Below are positions 1 to 9,002 of a DNA stretch of 22,945 nt, piece by piece. Source of the stretch: Candidatus Heimdallarchaeota archaeon (lineage in GTDB: Archaea; Asgardarchaeota; Heimdallarchaeia; Hodarchaeales; Hodarchaeaceae); assembly GCA_019057635.1 (NCBI GenBank), contig DXJL01000049.1:1-22945 (forward strand), written 5' to 3'. The position numbers and the translations under genes are program-made. The notes below the pieces were generated by a model. It ran no database searches. It had not been told where the DNA came from and saw only the letters and a program-made list of their open reading frames with translations. Each line of letters begins with the position of its first letter. The first letter of the stretch is position 1.

Positions 1-1103
1 ATAGCTCCTGCCACAATTTTCCGAGAAAGAGATAACTCAGTTAAATCATCTAACGGCCCTGAATGTCCTGTTTGCGAATACATAAATAATAGTAAAATTG
101 CAAAGAACCAGAACCCAATGACTACTAGAACACCTGCACTAATATAGGTGACTAATCTATGATTTTTTTCTGAAAACATGCTTCTTGCGACATGACCCCC
201 ATCACTCTGACCGATAGGTATCAAATTTAATCCTGTAAGAAGAAATCCAATAAACCCTGCATAAGCAAACGGATGCAGATATATTTCTACATTACTACCG
301 TGTTGTGGAACGAAAATAAAGGCAATTATCTCAAATAATAATATTCTCATTCGATCTGGACTATTTAATCTCAAATCAAATAATCCCAATGGGTTTGAAA
401 AATCTTGAGTAACATCACCTGCTGGAATGACAAGTGAATTCATTAGACCGATGATCGAGAATATAGTTGCGATAATAAATCCAAAAATTGGCCCTGCTAA
501 TCCAATATCAAATAAATCATTCCGTGAACGGATTGGTGTTTTTTGGGAAATAAACGCTCCCATTGTTCCAAGACCGATAGGCATAGGAATGAAATGGGGC
601 CAGCTTACTTTTATTCCATGAAATCGTGACGCAATCATATGCCCAATCTCATGGATCCCTACAATTCCCATCAGACTAATAACATAATACAGGCCCACAA
701 TTATTGGATCAAAGGATAGTTCGACTATAGGAAGATCATCCCACATGGTCACGCCAACTATAAATACAGAAATTATGGTGAGAACGAATAATACGAGTGG
801 TGTACTCAAATTTTGTTTTGATGCAATCATTTTTTCTGGAATTGGAAAAATATAAAGCATTCCTCTCGATTCGTGGATCGGATGAGAGCGGATGAGAGAC
901 ATGTAACCCATGTTTTTAAGCGTTTGATTAACTTGTTTGATATTTCCTCCCACATCGCTTCGTTTCAGAATTTCATAGACAGGCATCATCTCAGATTGGA
1001 GCGGAGAACCCGATTCTGGCATTGGTCTATATTGTTTGGATGTGACTGTAAAAAATTGGTCAATTAATTCATCGATTTGGGAGTACTTCCAGAATCCTGA
1101 CAT
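1..1103 (-). CDS. Site-2 protease, peptidase family M50 (3' end runs off the window)
   Basis: Missing from the ORF track because there is no stop in the window. Manual translation from ATG at 1103 (in-frame TAA just upstream) gives MSGFWKYSQIDE..., HEIGH zinc motif (639-653), GTMGAFI, DIGLAGP, NLIPIGQSDGGH, and several hydrophobic helices. Confidence 0.93.
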   Translation of the reverse strand, partial: MSGFWKYSQIDELIDQFFTVTSKQYRPMPESGSPLQSEMMPVYEILKRSDVGGNIKQVNQTLKNMGYMSLIRSHPIHESRGMLYIFPIPEKMIASKQNLSTPLVLFVLTIISVFIVGVTMWDDLPIVELSFDPIIVGLYYVISLMGIVGIHEIGHMIASRFHGIKVSWPHFIPMPIGLGTMGAFISQKTPIRSRNDLFDIGLAGPIFGFIIATIFSIIGLMNSLVIPAGDVTQDFSNPLGLFDLRLNSPDRMRILLFEIIAFIFVPQHGSNVEIYLHPFAYAGFIGFLLTGLNLIPIGQSDGGHVARSMFSEKNHRLVTYISAGVLVVIGFWFFAILLLFMYSQTGHSGPLDDLTELSLSRKIVAGA

Positions 1104-1218
1104 CAGATTTTCATGATGACTTGGTTAGTTGGTTTTCAAAAAGGCTTTGATACTGGAAAATGAGAACCTCCATCTGATACCATTCTGTAAAAAGCAAGCT
1201 AAATCCCTCAAAAAAGGA

Positions 1219-1770
1219 TTAGATTCTTATTTTGAAATCACGTAGAGGTATGGTTTCAGGAAGCAGGATGTCAAGAAGATCTTCATCGATTATCTTTTCA
1301 AATTTCTTGCTTGCTTGAGCGGTAACGTATTTAGTAAGTTTTTTCAAATCGACTGCAGAGATATTATGACTGGTTGGAGTAATAAACATTTTCCCTTCTG
1401 AATTCAATACAAACGCAAATTCGTACAATGTATCCCAACTAGGTAAACGTAATTCCAAGAGAATTGATATGAATCGGACAGATGGAAGTTGAATTACATT
1501 TTTCATCAGAAAAAAGATAATTTTTTCCCTATTATTCTGAATACGAATATCACATTCAGTACCTAGACATTTCACCCTGAGGATGGGAATGTCTCGCCAA
1601 TATATTTGGCTAGGTTTTGTTGAATGGCCGCAATATTCGTCAAGAAATTCAATTGTTATCCGTCTTACTTGACCGAGGGATAATAAAGTATCCAGGGTAT
1701 GAACTCGTAAATTTGGGTTGAATCCCTTTTCATTACTCTCGAACATCTTATGAAGAATTTTACAGTCCAT
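1219..1770 (-). CDS. Hypothetical protein (183 aa)
   Basis: Open frame co-oriented with its neighbours and filling the gap between them; no motif recognised. Confidence 0.7.
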   Translation of the reverse strand: MDCKILHKMFESNEKGFNPNLRVHTLDTLLSLGQVRRITIEFLDEYCGHSTKPSQIYWRDIPILRVKCLGTECDIRIQNNREKIIFFLMKNVIQLPSVRFISILLELRLPSWDTLYEFAFVLNSEGKMFITPTSHNISAVDLKKLTKYVTAQASKKFEKIIDEDLLDILLPETIPLRDFKIRI

Positions 1771-1852
1771 AATACGGTCATTAATATTAGGTACATGTTG
1801 GTTTTAAGTCGATTTTAGATACAAAAACCCGCAAGCTTATTACAATTTACGA

Positions 1853-2785
1853 TTAACTCTCTGTGATGCTCTGTAATTGAGAGCTAAATGCAAGAACTCT
1901 GTTATAGAGGGAAGCTACAGGCTCATTTCTTTCTCTGAGTCGACTTTTTGAAAATCCGAAAAATAAGGCTAAACCATTTTCCATAAACCGAATAACAAAA
2001 ACACGTTGGTCTGATTCAAGAAGTGTTGATGTAACTGAGTTGGTTTCTGAGTCCGCTAAACGATTGACAACGGCATCGAAAAACTCTCGGACTTCATATA
2101 GATTGATATGTTCAAATTTCGACACTTTTTCAACTTTAGTTAGTGGAGCTCCTTCTTTTGTGAATATTTGAGCCATATCAGCCATATTATGTTGGATGAA
2201 CGTCTCCAGGAGAGGACGTAAAGTTTTTCTGGCACCGCTCGCATCTGCGTAGACTTCACCCATAGCTTTGAAGATGGAATCAGAGAAGACTGTTGTTTCA
2301 TAATATTTAATTTTTTTAGGGATTCCTGATCCTAAATACTCTTCTATTGTTTTCCTGACTTCCTGTTTCATTTTTTTCGGAATTAAATCAGCTTTATGCT
2401 GGAAAATGAATAAGGTCGCCTCTGGACTAAACTGGGATAATTTCTTTACAGCTAAATCGAGATAATACTTTGCACGTGAAATATTTTTGATTTCAATCGA
2501 ATCTACTACAAATACAAATGATTTTACTCCAGTAAAAATAAATTCTGACAATTCACCAGTGAATCTGTCAAGAAAAGCTGTCTGTCCCCCTAAATCAAAT
2601 ATTGTTAATTCTGTTCCTGCTACAACCTTTTGTTTACGCTCGTAGTCGATTGTAGCGTTATAATCATCATCTTTTGATGGGATTTTCCCCTCATTGACTA
2701 CTTTTATAATAGTAGATTTCCCTGATTGCGCTAGTCCCAAGATCAGAACTTTAGAAACTTTTTTTCTTTTTCTTAAATGTGACAT
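1853..2785 (-). CDS. Rag/Gtr1-like small GTPase with C-terminal roadblock-like domain
   Basis: G1 GLAQSGKST, switch I ATIDYE (cf. RagA ATIDVE), G3 DLGGQ, Rag-type G4 HKAD, G5 ETTVF. C-terminal ~125 aa alpha/beta domain (AQIFTKEGAPL...VFVIRF...LALFFGF). GGAG upstream of the ATG. Confidence 0.88.
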   Translation of the reverse strand: MSHLRKRKKVSKVLILGLAQSGKSTIIKVVNEGKIPSKDDDYNATIDYERKQKVVAGTELTIFDLGGQTAFLDRFTGELSEFIFTGVKSFVFVVDSIEIKNISRAKYYLDLAVKKLSQFSPEATLFIFQHKADLIPKKMKQEVRKTIEEYLGSGIPKKIKYYETTVFSDSIFKAMGEVYADASGARKTLRPLLETFIQHNMADMAQIFTKEGAPLTKVEKVSKFEHINLYEVREFFDAVVNRLADSETNSVTSTLLESDQRVFVIRFMENGLALFFGFSKSRLRERNEPVASLYNRVLAFSSQLQSITES

Positions 2786-2800
2786 TTCTGGTAGTAGCTC

Positions 2801-3616
2801 CTATTGGGAACCAATTTCCTGAATTACTCCGATCTTTTCCAAGATCATTGCTCGTTCCATTGGGTCTAATACATTTCGTATGGAAAACCTATTTTTAAAG
2901 CGATTTGTATTGATATTAGAAGCTGATGTTCCAGCATGAAACATCAAGTGTTGGGAAGCTGAATCTTTCAATTTAATCAGGAAAATCCGTTTAAGAAGTA
3001 TATTCACAAGAATGAGAACGGGAAGTGTTGCAAGATCTGTTTGAAGATTAATTTCTCTCAAATCGCCGTCAGTATTAACAGTGAAGAACTCAAGACCTCC
3101 CTTTTCGTGAATGTAAGATGGTTCACCCTCATCTGACACTGGTACGTAATAACCTGGTGATTCAGTGATCTGTTTTAAACGTGATAGAATTTTTTCCATC
3201 TTTTCTGGATCAGAGAGATCACTTTCGTCTTTAATATTCTTAGTCTCTTCCTGTAGTGCTCGCTCAATAGCAGGGTGAAGCTGGAAAACCCGTTCGCGAT
3301 TTTCTGATTTAAAGAGGAGCCAAATGGTTGATTCTCGTCCATGCTGATCAATACGAATGTCAGATGTCTCTGTTGGAGAAACAGTAAAGGATAAGGCGAG
3401 TGCTTCGATATTCGGGTTGTTTGGAACAGGAAGTGATCCGTGTAGACGATAATGTTGCCTTTCAGCAAGTGTTCCTGCTCCCATGAAGAGGATGGTCATA
3501 CCAATAACACTTAGGTTTTCAGCTGTGTCCTCTGGAATGGAAGATAAATTTAATAGAGGGTAGGGCCCCTTATCCCCCATTGTTGTAACAATTAGTCCAG
3601 AAAACACGGTTTCCAC
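2801..3616 (-). CDS. Putative longin/uDENN-like N-terminal domain fused to a degenerate gelsolin-like domain
   Basis: N-terminus GLIVTTMGDKGPYPLL resembles the beta1-GP-beta2 start of SMCR8/FLCN/NPRL2-type longins. C-terminus LEFFTVNTDGDLREI...VLILVN...RIFLIK...AS..LMFHAG.SASNI...IRNV...E..MILEKIG follows the gelsolin-repeat pattern. GTG start. The CDS is secure; the domain calls are by eye. Confidence 0.6.
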   Translation of the reverse strand: METVFSGLIVTTMGDKGPYPLLNLSSIPEDTAENLSVIGMTILFMGAGTLAERQHYRLHGSLPVPNNPNIEALALSFTVSPTETSDIRIDQHGRESTIWLLFKSENRERVFQLHPAIERALQEETKNIKDESDLSDPEKMEKILSRLKQITESPGYYVPVSDEGEPSYIHEKGGLEFFTVNTDGDLREINLQTDLATLPVLILVNILLKRIFLIKLKDSASQHLMFHAGTSASNINTNRFKNRFSIRNVLDPMERAMILEKIGVIQEIGSQ

Positions 3617-3637
3617 CTATTAACTCAAATCTTCGTA

Positions 3638-4582
3638 TCATTTTAATATTTCTAGAATATCAGTTGTGATATCGAGACAACTTTCTTCCGTTCGAGGATA
3701 AGGTTCCTCATCATACTTAAAAACTGATTCCCTTCCGATTAAGATAATTTTATTCTCCGAATTGATCCTTTTTGTAATCATAACAAAATCTTCAATTCGA
3801 ATAATGTCTGCTTGATATTGTGGGCCTACATCAAACACGTGAAACTGTGCTAACATGCGAATTATTTGTGGCCCCACCTTTGTTTCCCATCCCTCACTTT
3901 TTCCGGCAGCAATCAGAATATCTTGATTGTGACCTATTAGATAAGCACCTGAAAACCCACAGTTGTCCATTTTCACTTTCATAATTTTTTTGATTTTCTT
4001 GAGCTGTTTATCATTTGGAATTTTTATACTTGAATCTCGTTTTTTCTTAAGGTTTTTAGTAAAATCTACTGCTTTATTTGCTATCTGAGTAAAAACAAGA
4101 TTTGCCATCCTTTGCTGATCAGAACCCTTCAAAGAGACAATATAAGAGGTAATTTCTTGAGGAATAAGCTGTTGGAGATGATTTTCAACCTTTTTTTGAA
4201 TTTTTGTTCTTTCTAATTCATTTGGGATAAGATGGCCTCTATTTACTATCAAAATTACTTGAAAATCTTTGTTTACTTGGTTAATATCGAAATATACCCC
4301 TTCAAAATCCTTTGCTAAGTCTTCCAAAACTTGATATGAGATATCATGAACATAGATCAATGTATTAATTTTCAAATATAATTTTTCTTTCAATGCTGGT
4401 AGTGCTTTTTCAAAATATGAATCCTCATTTCCTTTGAAGGATTTATTGAGCCACTCGTAGTAAATAAGATTCTCACGAAGTTTCAGTCCTGGCTCTGCGC
4501 GCCCTAATTTTAATATATGGCTAAATAACAAATCTTTCCCAGAGTGAGATAAGCCAGCTAGTATGATTAGGTTTTGTTGCAA
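3638..4582 (-). CDS. Degenerate Rag-like (pseudo)GTPase with C-terminal roadblock-like domain
   Basis: G1-like GLSHSGKD (lacks S/T after K), no DxxG, LIYVHD strand retained, G4 position reads NRGH. C-terminal GFSGAYLIGHNQDILIA is roadblock-like. TTG start with GAGGT upstream. Confidence 0.7.
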   Translation of the reverse strand: MQQNLIILAGLSHSGKDLLFSHILKLGRAEPGLKLRENLIYYEWLNKSFKGNEDSYFEKALPALKEKLYLKINTLIYVHDISYQVLEDLAKDFEGVYFDINQVNKDFQVILIVNRGHLIPNELERTKIQKKVENHLQQLIPQEITSYIVSLKGSDQQRMANLVFTQIANKAVDFTKNLKKKRDSSIKIPNDKQLKKIKKIMKVKMDNCGFSGAYLIGHNQDILIAAGKSEGWETKVGPQIIRMLAQFHVFDVGPQYQADIIRIEDFVMITKRINSENKIILIGRESVFKYDEEPYPRTEESCLDITTDILEILK

Positions 4583-4592
4583 AGCGGTACCT

Positions 4593-5597
4593 CTAGATGG
4601 GTGTTTTCAGCATGTTTTCTAGTTGACTTGTCAGAAGACGAATAGTTTCTTCGATTTCTAACAATTTTCTTGTCTCCAACATGGATTTTTCGTCAGAGGA
4701 GACAAGAAGAATTAAGTAATGAGGAGGAAGAGTAGCTCGGAATAACATGATGTTACCGATTTTAATTAATTCTGATTTCGAACTGGGAATTAGCCATAAA
4801 TCTCTTGATTTATCAAGAATGGTTATGAATTGTTGAATTTCCTTGATTTCTGTGTCGGATGCACTAATAATAAATTCGGGTTCCACTGTAGATAGTAAAA
4901 GGACTTCATCCAAGCGATTCATAAATTTCAATGTATGTAACATTTGCTGAATGGGACGCATCCGTAATCTTCTTTGAATAGCTTCTAAATCTTCTTCTTT
5001 TTCGACCTCAGCTGCTTCAGGAATAATTTCGCTCGCTTCAGCAGTAATTCGTTTAAATGCCTCATGAATTGAATTATCATAAATTGAAGTTTGTAAAAAG
5101 GTAATATTTTTTGTAACAACCGAAGTTTGGAACATCTCCATTAGAAATTCCATTCTTTCTGCTCTTTGAGTTAAATCGGGCATTAAATCGGTTTTATGCA
5201 ATAAAATATAGACTGCTGGTTGAACATCTGACATTTCTTCTAGCCGATTTGTGCCTTCGACGAATGCTTTTAGTGAAGCAGGGAATTTATCAGATGTTGA
5301 GATATCACAGATAAAGACTAAGACTGCCACATTACTGAAAATGAATGAACTCATACTACTGAGGAAACGTTTCAAAAAAACTTCCTGTCCTCCAAGATCC
5401 ATAACTGTAATAGGCTCATCAGCAACTTGCTCAACTTGACGTTCATAGTTCAACGTTGCAGCATAATCGGCAGTTTCTTCTGGTGCTGTGCCTCCGAAAA
5501 CAACATCACGTATGGAGGTTTTTCCTGCCTGAGAAAGACCTAAAAGTATGATTTTGCGAGAACTTTGGGTCTTTAGTTGCTTAAGATAATGACTCAT
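4593..5597 (-). CDS. Rag/Gtr1-like small GTPase with C-terminal roadblock-like domain
   Basis: KIILLGLSQAGKTSIRDVVF (cf. RagA [20 protein letters not shown]), ATLNYE, DLGGQ, IFSNVAVLVFICD, HKTD, TSIYDNSIHEAF, followed by an acidic linker and a C-terminal alpha/beta domain. Confidence 0.9.
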   Translation of the reverse strand: MSHYLKQLKTQSSRKIILLGLSQAGKTSIRDVVFGGTAPEETADYAATLNYERQVEQVADEPITVMDLGGQEVFLKRFLSSMSSFIFSNVAVLVFICDISTSDKFPASLKAFVEGTNRLEEMSDVQPAVYILLHKTDLMPDLTQRAERMEFLMEMFQTSVVTKNITFLQTSIYDNSIHEAFKRITAEASEIIPEAAEVEKEEDLEAIQRRLRMRPIQQMLHTLKFMNRLDEVLLLSTVEPEFIISASDTEIKEIQQFITILDKSRDLWLIPSSKSELIKIGNIMLFRATLPPHYLILLVSSDEKSMLETRKLLEIEETIRLLTSQLENMLKTPI

Positions 5598-5699
5598 TGT
5601 GTAGACCTTGGGTTATTGAAGTAAAAAGATTCAGTAATGAGTTCTAGGACTGGAAATTTAAGTATGACCAAATAAATCTTCCGTCTTAACGAACACTTC

Positions 5700-5729
5700 T
5701 TTGTTTAAGGAATTCCTATTCTAAACAAA
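5700..5729. promoter_or_regulatory. Inverted repeat TTTGTTTA-N14-TAAACAAA enclosing the palindrome AGGAATTCCT
   Basis: Seen directly, between the trpS stop and the start of the GTPase cluster. Could be an operator or terminator; function not established. Confidence 0.3.
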
Positions 5730-5864
5730 TAAGTTTTGGAATTAACTTCCTGAATTCTCTTATTGCCCCTCATACTCAGACTATAATGAATTACTGTAAC
5801 TACCTGATACTATTATTGTAGTTCCCTACTTATTCAGAAAATCTAAAAAATAACCAGTTAAGAG

Positions 5865-6998
5865 TTATCCATCGAGACGTTCGAGAACGACCTCTCGTGC
5901 TTTTGGAAGAGCATCCTGACGCTTTTTTTCATGAGCTTGCATAAATTCTTGAATTAGGCCTAGCAGATTTTTCTTATCCTCTCCACATAATAATTCCCCT
6001 TTTCGACAAGATCCTTCAATTTCCTTGAGCTTTTTCTCATCTGATTGGAAGAAGTATTGATACAAATCAAAAATACGACAAATTTCAGGCTGCCCTCCTA
6101 ATTCTCGCTGCTCTTCTACAGTAGTTCGACCGCCTGTAAATGCATTCATGATTTTTTTCTTTAAAGACTTATTAGATTCGAATAAAGTGAGTACTGACAT
6201 AGAATTTCTTTTGGCCATTTTATCAGAGCCGTCTAATCCTTGAATGAGTTTATGAAAGGTGAATCCAGGTAGCATAAACTTGTATGTATCTTGAAAGAAC
6301 TTCTTACGAACAAAATCATGTGATAATCGTGCATGAGGAGCTTGATCTGCCCCGATGGGTGTCACAGTAGGGAGTGGGCCATTATGCAGTTGAGGTAGTA
6401 GAATATCAGCAACTTGTATAAATGCAGCATTATAAACTCCTAATCTGTGTTCCCCATAGATCGATTTCATCATATTGTGCGTTGCGTGAGACGATAAAAG
6501 ATAACCCAATCGCATTACATCCATTTGATGAGATTGACGATATACATACGCTTTGTCAAGATTTAATCCGAGCGCGATCAGATCAGCTACATTTTCAATA
6601 GCATTTTGTTCTGCTTGGTCGAGAGGTAACCGTCCATCAGCATAGCTCTCAATATCTGCGATACAAAAGTACACTTTTCCACCAAGCTTCTGAAAATAGA
6701 TTACTTCATTACATGTGATTAGGTTACCGATGTGATATTCTGCTGAGCTTGGTTTGATACCTGTCATGATTGCAAACGGTTTTTTCTTATTGATAGACTC
6801 AATCACGGGTTCCAATGAGGTGTGACCAAACATAATATCTCTATTCATGTAATAATGTCGTTTACTCTTTGGCAATAAGCCGAGTACTTCATCAATAGGT
6901 CTAATTCCAAATTCATTCATTAGTCGGTCATAATCTGTTACTGAACCACCGAATGCGTCCACTACCGAATCATTTTGGATATTGTCATCTGAATTCAT
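5865..6998 (-). CDS. trpS: Tryptophanyl-tRNA synthetase (archaeal type)
   Basis: MTGIKPS, HIGN (HIGH-like), QVADILLPQ, GADQAPH, KMAKR (KMSKS-like), AFTGGR..VEEQRELGG, CRKGELLCGEDK. Confidence 0.96.
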   Translation of the reverse strand: MNSDDNIQNDSVVDAFGGSVTDYDRLMNEFGIRPIDEVLGLLPKSKRHYYMNRDIMFGHTSLEPVIESINKKKPFAIMTGIKPSSAEYHIGNLITCNEVIYFQKLGGKVYFCIADIESYADGRLPLDQAEQNAIENVADLIALGLNLDKAYVYRQSHQMDVMRLGYLLSSHATHNMMKSIYGEHRLGVYNAAFIQVADILLPQLHNGPLPTVTPIGADQAPHARLSHDFVRKKFFQDTYKFMLPGFTFHKLIQGLDGSDKMAKRNSMSVLTLFESNKSLKKKIMNAFTGGRTTVEEQRELGGQPEICRIFDLYQYFFQSDEKKLKEIEGSCRKGELLCGEDKKNLLGLIQEFMQAHEKKRQDALPKAREVVLERLDG

Positions 6999-7099
6999 GA
7001 TCTGTTCTCACCGTTAACACTTGAAGTAAAAAATAATGATATAAAGGATGTTGGATTTTTGATTTACTTTTAAAGAAATTTCCTGTACCTAAAATTAAT

Positions 7100-7119
7100 G
7101 CTGGTGGAATTCCACTAGC
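7100..7119. promoter_or_regulatory. Near-perfect 20-bp palindrome GCTGGTGGAATTCCACTAGC
   Basis: GC-rich dyad with one mismatched pair in an AT-rich intergenic region about 100 nt upstream of trpS. Confidence 0.4.
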
Positions 7120-7277
7120 GATAGCTGCCATTGGTACATCTTTCTCACATCCAGCTAACCCAAAAATGAATCAGAATAAAAATTCTCTCCTAGTCCAATG
7201 AAAACATCCCCTTGTGGATATTTTGCATTCAGAGTAAGAGAAAAGAATTCTTGAGTTCTGTGTAAATAACATAGTAT

Positions 7278-8738
7278 TTACATTAGTTTATGGGTGAAAT
7301 GGTAAAATCCACTGGTCTCATATAGAAATTGGACAATAATTACAACGGCAATCAGGCTCAATCCCAAACAAAACGTCATAACTCCAAGAGAACCATAGTA
7401 CTCGAAAAGGGTTCCTCCGACTACCGTCCCTAGAATTGAACCAGTTGACATTAGTGCAGAAGTAAATCCCATTTCTCTCCCACGATTACCTTCTTTTGTT
7501 ACATCTGTTATTAATGCCAACGAAGAAGATCCGAATCCTGATGCACATATAAGACAGATAAGGATTAGAAGTATTATCATCAAGTGAGGAATTTGTAGAA
7601 CAATACTTGGAGCGAATTCTAATGGTTTGGATATTCCGATTGAAAATGGGTAATTTAATAAATTTATGAAACTCTCTGGTTCGAGACGGAGAATTGCAGC
7701 AAAAATGACTAGAAGCAAACTTGTACCCACACACCCAATGATGAGGAAAGGTTTTCGACCAAAATTATCAGAAAGTTTTCCCAAAGTTGGTTGGAGTATT
7801 CCCATGATTCCCACACCCACTAACGCAACAAATCCGATTGTAGTGGCATCCACTCCACCAGCAGTCACTTCTTTTAGTATTACGGGAGCATAAGTTCCTC
7901 CAGCTCCTACTAATGTAGTATAAGCTAGCCAAGCAAAAGCAAATTTTCTGAATTGTTTATTTTTCAGACTCTGAAGCATTGCCTTAAATGGATTCATTCC
8001 AGGATCTTCGGGTTCGGAAAGATCCTCAAATTTTAAAACGTCAGCTTCATTTACATCATCTAATTCAATTTTCACACTTTTAGGCTCATAGAACCGGAAT
8101 AAATATAATGAAGTTGCGAGTAACAGTATAACTGTAAACACAAAGAAAGAAGATTCTTTGAATAAATCCCATGTAAGACCACCTATTAGAAAACCACTTG
8201 CTCCTCCTCCTGAACGAGCTAAATAGAATTTTCCCATTGTTTCTCCATGACTTCTTTCAGGTGCAAGATCTGCAAACATAGATAACACAGGACCTGATAG
8301 CATTGCTGATGCTAAACCTTTTAATGCACTTGCACCAAGTAAAATCCAAAATGCAGTGGCAGATGTCGCATATCCTGCAAATATAATTGGAAAAGGAATG
8401 AAGGTCAAAGCTGCAAGAAATGTACCAGTTACAAGTAAGGGTTTTCTGCCTATACGATCACTAATTGAACCGAAAAATGAGGCGGTAGATAAAGAAACTA
8501 AATAATAAACTGTTAGAATTATGGGTAGTTCTAACTCACTTGCTAAAAACCCTCCACTTCTCTCAGGAAGCTCAAAGAAATAAAGTGGTAAACAGATCAC
8601 TGAGGATGAAAAAGCTGCTTCAGTAACTGCTACTGCAAGAAGAAGTAATCTAATCTGTTCTCGTAAGAAAAAAGTAATAGGTTGTCCAAAAAAAAGCAAT
8701 GTATCTTTAGTATACTTTGATAAAGATCGGCGTAGCAT
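7278..8738 (-). CDS. Major facilitator superfamily transporter
   Basis: MFS motif A occurs twice (GSISDRIGRKP, GKLSDNFGRKP); about 12 hydrophobic segments with an acidic central loop. Substrate unknown. Confidence 0.93.
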   Translation of the reverse strand: MLRRSLSKYTKDTLLFFGQPITFFLREQIRLLLLAVAVTEAAFSSSVICLPLYFFELPERSGGFLASELELPIILTVYYLVSLSTASFFGSISDRIGRKPLLVTGTFLAALTFIPFPIIFAGYATSATAFWILLGASALKGLASAMLSGPVLSMFADLAPERSHGETMGKFYLARSGGGASGFLIGGLTWDLFKESSFFVFTVILLLATSLYLFRFYEPKSVKIELDDVNEADVLKFEDLSEPEDPGMNPFKAMLQSLKNKQFRKFAFAWLAYTTLVGAGGTYAPVILKEVTAGGVDATTIGFVALVGVGIMGILQPTLGKLSDNFGRKPFLIIGCVGTSLLLVIFAAILRLEPESFINLLNYPFSIGISKPLEFAPSIVLQIPHLMIILLILICLICASGFGSSSLALITDVTKEGNRGREMGFTSALMSTGSILGTVVGGTLFEYYGSLGVMTFCLGLSLIAVVIIVQFLYETSGFYHFTHKLM

Positions 8739-9002
8739 CTAAATTGTTCCTTTAATCCTCTACGGTAATCCACTTGATATCTTGGCTGAATAACTGAAGC
8801 TTTCCGTTATTATTTTCCATCATTTTCCTCTTTAATAACGTTACATTACACCAAACCTTTGGACTTAGATTGTGATAAATAAGGAATATTTAAAATTTAT
8901 CTGATATTGGTTTCTGTTTCGAGTACGAATCAGTCTTTCCTACTCATCAAGTTAATAATGATTCATTCTAAGTGTGCCCTTCAAATTGAGGTAATGAGAA
9001 GT

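Noticed and set aside
879-898. Tandem repeat CGGATGAGAG x2
   Set aside because: Only two copies, inside an intact coding frame; no spacer structure, so not CRISPR.
427-1067. Plus-strand ORFs 427-621 and 873-1067
   Set aside because: Antisense shadows of the M50 protease gene.
2756-2773. RKRKKV as a nuclear localisation signal
   Set aside because: Prokaryotic gene organisation; kept only as a polybasic patch.
8907-9002. N-terminal extension of the GTPase given in the ORF track
   Set aside because: The G-domain and a ribosome-binding-like GAGGT point to ATG 9003.
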